Shown here: positions 60,560 through 64,000 of the stretch, piece by piece | How the letters are laid out: each line of letters starts with the position of its first letter | Numbering within the stretch: position 1 is the stretch's first letter | Origin: a virus | Lineage: Duplodnaviria; Caudoviricetes | Reading direction: 5' to 3' (one strand) | Virus record (IMG/VR): IMGVR_UViG_3300042474_001076 | Location: 24,142 to 88,141 of that record | Length of the DNA stretch: 64,000 nt | Position numbers and translations under genes: made by a program | Notes under the pieces: model-generated | Database searches by the model: none | Seen by the model: only the letters and a program-made list of their open reading frames with translations | What the model was told of the DNA's origin: nothing

Positions 60560-61168
60560 ATGCGAACATCAATTAAAAATTCACCTAAAGTCTTAGGGTT
60601 AGACATTTCCACTAAAACAATAGGTTGGGCACTTTTTGATATTAAATCACAAGAATTACTAGAATTAACTCATGTATCCCCGAGACCAAAAAATAAAGAT
60701 ACGGAAGAAAATAAAATGTTAGAATTAATATTAAAATCTGAAGTATTTAAAACTAAATTGGAAGGATATAAAAATTTAGGGATTGTTAGTGTTATAATTG
60801 AAGAACCATTATTAAACTCAAACAATGTTTATACTATTCAAACTTTACTAAGATTTAATACATTAATATGTAAAACAATTTATGATATGATAGGTATTGT
60901 TCCTGAATTCATATCTACATATAACTCAAGAAAATTTGCGTTTCCTGAATTAGTAAAAGAAAACGATAAAAAAAAACATGTTTTATTTGGAGGACTTCCT
61001 AAAGATATAGACAAAAAAATGATTATTTGGGATTTAGTTGCAAAAAAAGAACCCCAAATACAATGGCATTACACTAAAAACAATACTTTAAAGAAAGAAA
61101 ATTTTGACCAAACAGATGCTTATGCGTGTGTTTTAGGTTATATGAAAAGTAAAAAAATTTGGGATTAA
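60560..61168 (+). CDS. RuvC-like Holliday junction resolvase
   Basis: VLGLDISTKTIGWA, IIEEP, D..DA catalytic motifs of the RNase H fold. Confidence 0.8.
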   Translation: MRTSIKNSPKVLGLDISTKTIGWALFDIKSQELLELTHVSPRPKNKDTEENKMLELILKSEVFKTKLEGYKNLGIVSVIIEEPLLNSNNVYTIQTLLRFNTLICKTIYDMIGIVPEFISTYNSRKFAFPELVKENDKKKHVLFGGLPKDIDKKMIIWDLVAKKEPQIQWHYTKNNTLKKENFDQTDAYACVLGYMKSKKIWD

Positions 61169-61223
61169 TATCGTTTAATTTAACGATAATTTGAAATATC
61201 GTCTTTTTAGACGATATTTTTTT
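61169..61223. terminator. Double hairpin/bidirectional terminator between convergent genes
   Basis: TATCGTT-N6-AACGATA (61169-61188) and AAATATCGTCT-TTTT-AGACGATATTT (61194-61219) with a T-run. Confidence 0.75.
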
Positions 61224-61234
61224 GTTTTATATTT

Positions 61235-62506
61235 TTAATTTGGTGTTGGAGTTGGAGTTGGAAAACAATCAATTCCAGTATTTGTTACAGATATTGACCC
61301 ACTCAAAGAATATGGTGTTGAAAATGAATTAACTATAATACTTTGAGACACATTTAATGTTTGAGATATAATAACACCTAATAAATTTGTATAAACATAA
61401 GTTTCGGGTGATGTTGAAAGATTACTTAATAAGTATTGTACACAAATACCATTACAACAATCACCAATATTTGTAATAGTTGCAGACCCAACACCAATTG
61501 TAGGTATATTTTTAGAACAAATAATTACCTCATGATTTAACCAATTAGTCCAACGCATAGATCCAGGTCTTAACATAATGTTTTTACCAACACAATCTAA
61601 AAAACTAATTGTTGTGGTTAAAACACTAAAGTTCGAAATTCTATATGACAAACATAAACAAGGTGTTGTTGGTGTTGGTGTTATAGTAGGAGTTAATGTA
61701 GGAGTATTACTAATTGGGAAACAATTTAAACAACTACCTTCACTAGAAGGACCATATTCTGTAGTAATAACAACTTTGTCTCCACCACTTATGTTATCTA
61801 CAATTGTTTGAAAAATAAAACATGAAGATATTCCGTTTATTGTTCCACCATAAACGTCACCAACAACTAATAAATTACCAAAAGAATCAAATAATGTTTG
61901 TGTTGTATAGTATTCTATACCTGTAAAACAATCCTCAAATTTCTTACTAGTTGCACATACAATAAACCCATCAACACTATTAAATTTGGCAATACCATCA
62001 AAATTACATGGTCTATCAATTGGTGATGAAGGTGTGGGGGTTAATGTTGGTGTCGGAGTTGGTGTCGGAGAATATGTGTTTGCGGTAACATCTAAAGATA
62101 CTCCCCCACAAACATTAGTTGGTGTTGGTGTTGGAGTTAAAGTTGAGGTTGGTGTTGGGGTAGGAGTTGGGGTAGGAGTTACAAATACGTCACAATCAAA
62201 TAGTGCATCAAAATCAATAGAACAAGCTAGGGTTGGGGTTGGAGTTGGGGTTGGGCATAAACCGTCAACAAGAATTCCAGAATAAAAATCAGGACATGGA
62301 TTAACGGAATTTGTTGGACCAAATAAAATACAAGGATCTCCCAAGTTTGCAGCTAAACACCATCTACTTTCTGTTGTTGAATAAAAAATGTAATAACCAT
62401 TAGTGGCTCCCGTATAATAATCTAAACTATTATATAAACCATCTATTGTATACGTATCATCGTATATCCCCGTATTACTTATACAAATATCTATACTACA
62501 ACTCAT
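61235..62506 (-). CDS. Cys-rich, PT-repeat (mucin-like) modular protein, putative virion decoration/fibre
   Basis: Five PTPT tracts separating Cys-bracketed modules similar to those in the 55888 and 52364 proteins. Confidence 0.65.
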   Translation of the reverse strand: MSCSIDICISNTGIYDDTYTIDGLYNSLDYYTGATNGYYIFYSTTESRWCLAANLGDPCILFGPTNSVNPCPDFYSGILVDGLCPTPTPTPTLACSIDFDALFDCDVFVTPTPTPTPTPTSTLTPTPTPTNVCGGVSLDVTANTYSPTPTPTPTLTPTPSSPIDRPCNFDGIAKFNSVDGFIVCATSKKFEDCFTGIEYYTTQTLFDSFGNLLVVGDVYGGTINGISSCFIFQTIVDNISGGDKVVITTEYGPSSEGSCLNCFPISNTPTLTPTITPTPTTPCLCLSYRISNFSVLTTTISFLDCVGKNIMLRPGSMRWTNWLNHEVIICSKNIPTIGVGSATITNIGDCCNGICVQYLLSNLSTSPETYVYTNLLGVIISQTLNVSQSIIVNSFSTPYSLSGSISVTNTGIDCFPTPTPTPN

Positions 62507-62507
62507 A

Positions 62508-62729
62508 TTATATATTTAACGTATCTGTAACGACACAATCATTATTATCAACCACCTTAACAATAAATTCGGTTAAACTAGAATAAACTAAAGGAATATC
62601 AAAACTATATGGAATGTCAACCGTATTAATGGTTGCGACATAAATACAAGTAGTAATTGGTGAATCACAAACATAAATATCAAATGGTTGTGCTCCCGTA
62701 ACGTTATTAATTGTTATATTTGTTGGCAT
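62508..62729 (-). CDS. Small beta protein resembling a single SprB-like unit
   Basis: ITI..VTG..PF.IY...IVKVVD.N.C pattern; TATTTAT motif 5 nt upstream; coupled to the PT gene. Confidence 0.6.
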   Translation of the reverse strand: MPTNITINNVTGAQPFDIYVCDSPITTCIYVATINTVDIPYSFDIPLVYSSLTEFIVKVVDNNDCVVTDTLNI

Positions 62730-62804
62730 ATCTTATAAATATAGAACTTATTAAAAACTTGTGTAGTTGATATGTTCTTTTATTTTGTTTATATTTTTAT
62801 AACA

Positions 62805-63704
62805 ATGGAAGAAAGTGATGCAATTGTTGAATTATTAGAGGGACTTTTAGGGGATCACGGATTACATTACCATAATCGTGGTCAAATTTCATTTAATTGT
62901 CCGGTTTGTGATGACGATAAAAATAAACACAATTTAGAAATTAACTATATAAATAATGTGTACAAATGTTGGTCTTGTGGGGACACTAATGGAACTCACG
63001 GATCTTTGGGAAAACTTTTTGATAAGTACGGAAACAAAAAATTAAAGAAATTATATAATATTTTAAAACCTGAGACGGTACAACCAAAACAAAAACGAAC
63101 AAAAAAATTAACACTTCCTGAAGGATTCACGTTATTTACCGAGTCAAGTCCGGTATACCCAGTAAGGAGACAAGCGTATAATTACTTAAAAAGTAGGGGA
63201 ATAACGGATGAGATCATTGCCAAATATAATATTGGTTTTTGTGATCGTGGTAGTCATATAGGACGTATTGTGGTCCCATCATATAATATTAATGGGGAAT
63301 TAAATTACTATGTCGCTCGCAGTTGGGACACAAAAAGTAAATTTAAATATAAAAACCCTGAGGAAGAAAAAGATAAGATTATATTTAACGAAAGATTAAT
63401 AGATTGGGAAAAAGACATTTACTTAGTCGAAGGGGTTTTTGATGGGTTTTTCTTGGACAACTCAATTCCAATGTTAGGTAAACATATGTCAGAACTTTTA
63501 TTTGAAAAAATATATAATAAAGCTAAAAGAGATATAATTATATCCCTTGATGGTGACGCTTTTAATAATGCGGTTAAATTATATCGAGAGTTAAATGGGG
63601 GTGAACTATATGATAGAATAAAAATTGTTAGATTACCTATGGATCAAGATGTTTGTGACTTAAAAGGAAACATTGAAGATTTTTTTGTAAAAATTAGGGA
63701 TTAA
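62805..63704 (+). CDS. DNA primase (zinc finger plus TOPRIM)
   Basis: CPVC...CWSC zinc ribbon, YLKSRGI, KYKNP, LVEGVFD, LDGDA; start corrected to ATG 62805. Confidence 0.9.
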   Translation: MEESDAIVELLEGLLGDHGLHYHNRGQISFNCPVCDDDKNKHNLEINYINNVYKCWSCGDTNGTHGSLGKLFDKYGNKKLKKLYNILKPETVQPKQKRTKKLTLPEGFTLFTESSPVYPVRRQAYNYLKSRGITDEIIAKYNIGFCDRGSHIGRIVVPSYNINGELNYYVARSWDTKSKFKYKNPEEEKDKIIFNERLIDWEKDIYLVEGVFDGFFLDNSIPMLGKHMSELLFEKIYNKAKRDIIISLDGDAFNNAVKLYRELNGGELYDRIKIVRLPMDQDVCDLKGNIEDFFVKIRD

Positions 63705-63718
63705 TAAAAAAAAAGTAT

Positions 63719-63726
63719 TATCTTTG
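63719..63726 (+). promoter_or_regulatory. Bacteroidota-type -7 promoter element TATCTTTG
   Basis: Exact TAnnTTTG match 20 nt upstream of ATG 63747. Confidence 0.55.
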
Positions 63727-63746
63727 TAAAATAAAACAAAAAAAAC

Positions 63747-64000
63747 ATGGATTTAAAAAAAATATCTGAAGAGATCAGAGAAATCATATCAGAAAAACAA
63801 AAAGAGTTTCAATTAACATTTGAGGAGGATGCTCACAAGTACACAATGTTGGATGTTAGTGGTAAATTAAGGGATGATTTCCCTTCTGTTTCTAAATTGA
63901 TGAAATATTTCTATACGGAATTTGATTCTGAAGGAATTTCATTTAGAAAGGCGAATGGTGATCCTTATGAACAACAACGATTGTTGGAGGAATGGGCTGC
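63747..64000 (+). CDS. PD-(D/E)XK (Cas4/lambda-exo-like) exonuclease, N-terminal part, truncated by window edge
   Basis: Hand translation: MDLKKISEEIREIISEKQKEFQLTFEEDAHKYTMLDVSGKLRDDFPSVSKLMKYF... The F.E..H.Y...SV motif is typical of phage PD-(D/E)XK nuclease N-termini; the catalytic part is not in the window. Confidence 0.55.
   Translation, partial: MDLKKISEEIREIISEKQKEFQLTFEEDAHKYTMLDVSGKLRDDFPSVSKLMKYFYTEFDSEGISFRKANGDPYEQQRLLEEWA

Noticed and set aside
1-64000. Alternative genetic code (TAG/TGA recoding, as in Lak or crAss-like phages)
   Set aside because: Very long ORFs are intact under code 11, and TAG and TGA terminate genes at sensible positions.
1-64000. tRNA or rRNA genes
   Set aside because: Intergenic spaces are short and AT-rich, and no cloverleaf or T-loop signature was recognised by eye; a tRNAscan run would be definitive.

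Overview
The window is a gene-dense, very AT-rich segment of a large T4-like (contractile-tailed) jumbo phage genome, read in the standard genetic code. The host is most likely in Bacteroidota, based on TAnnTTTG promoter elements, A-rich translation starts without Shine-Dalgarno sequences, and SprB-type repeats. Structural genes: neck/head-closure and tail-terminator genes, tail sheath, tail tube, a tail chaperone, tape measure, giant baseplate/hub proteins, gp25/gp6/gp53-like wedge genes and a long fibre/adhesin cluster. Interleaved replication genes: SSB, RecA/UvsX, 5'-3' exonuclease, DnaB helicase, NrdAB, RuvC, primase and a SNF2 helicase. Main observations: (1) a GT95/GT96-like (plant HPAT/SERGT-type) protein O-glycosyltransferase inside a cluster of virion genes full of PT/poly-T mucin-like tracts and a recurring [ST]-G-x-T motif, suggesting a phage virion-glycosylation system; (2) a probable +1 programmed frameshift (UUU-UUU-CGG) in the gene before the tape measure; (3) small 4-Cys proteins and a peptidase-MnSOD fusion carrying [LI]-x-E leader motifs, candidate capsid-packaged cargo; (4) an unannotated ribbon-helix-helix gene with an 11-bp tandem operator-like repeat divergent from the sheath gene; (5) a recurrent TATTTAT late-promoter-like motif. 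All protein family calls come from motif recognition by eye, not database searches.
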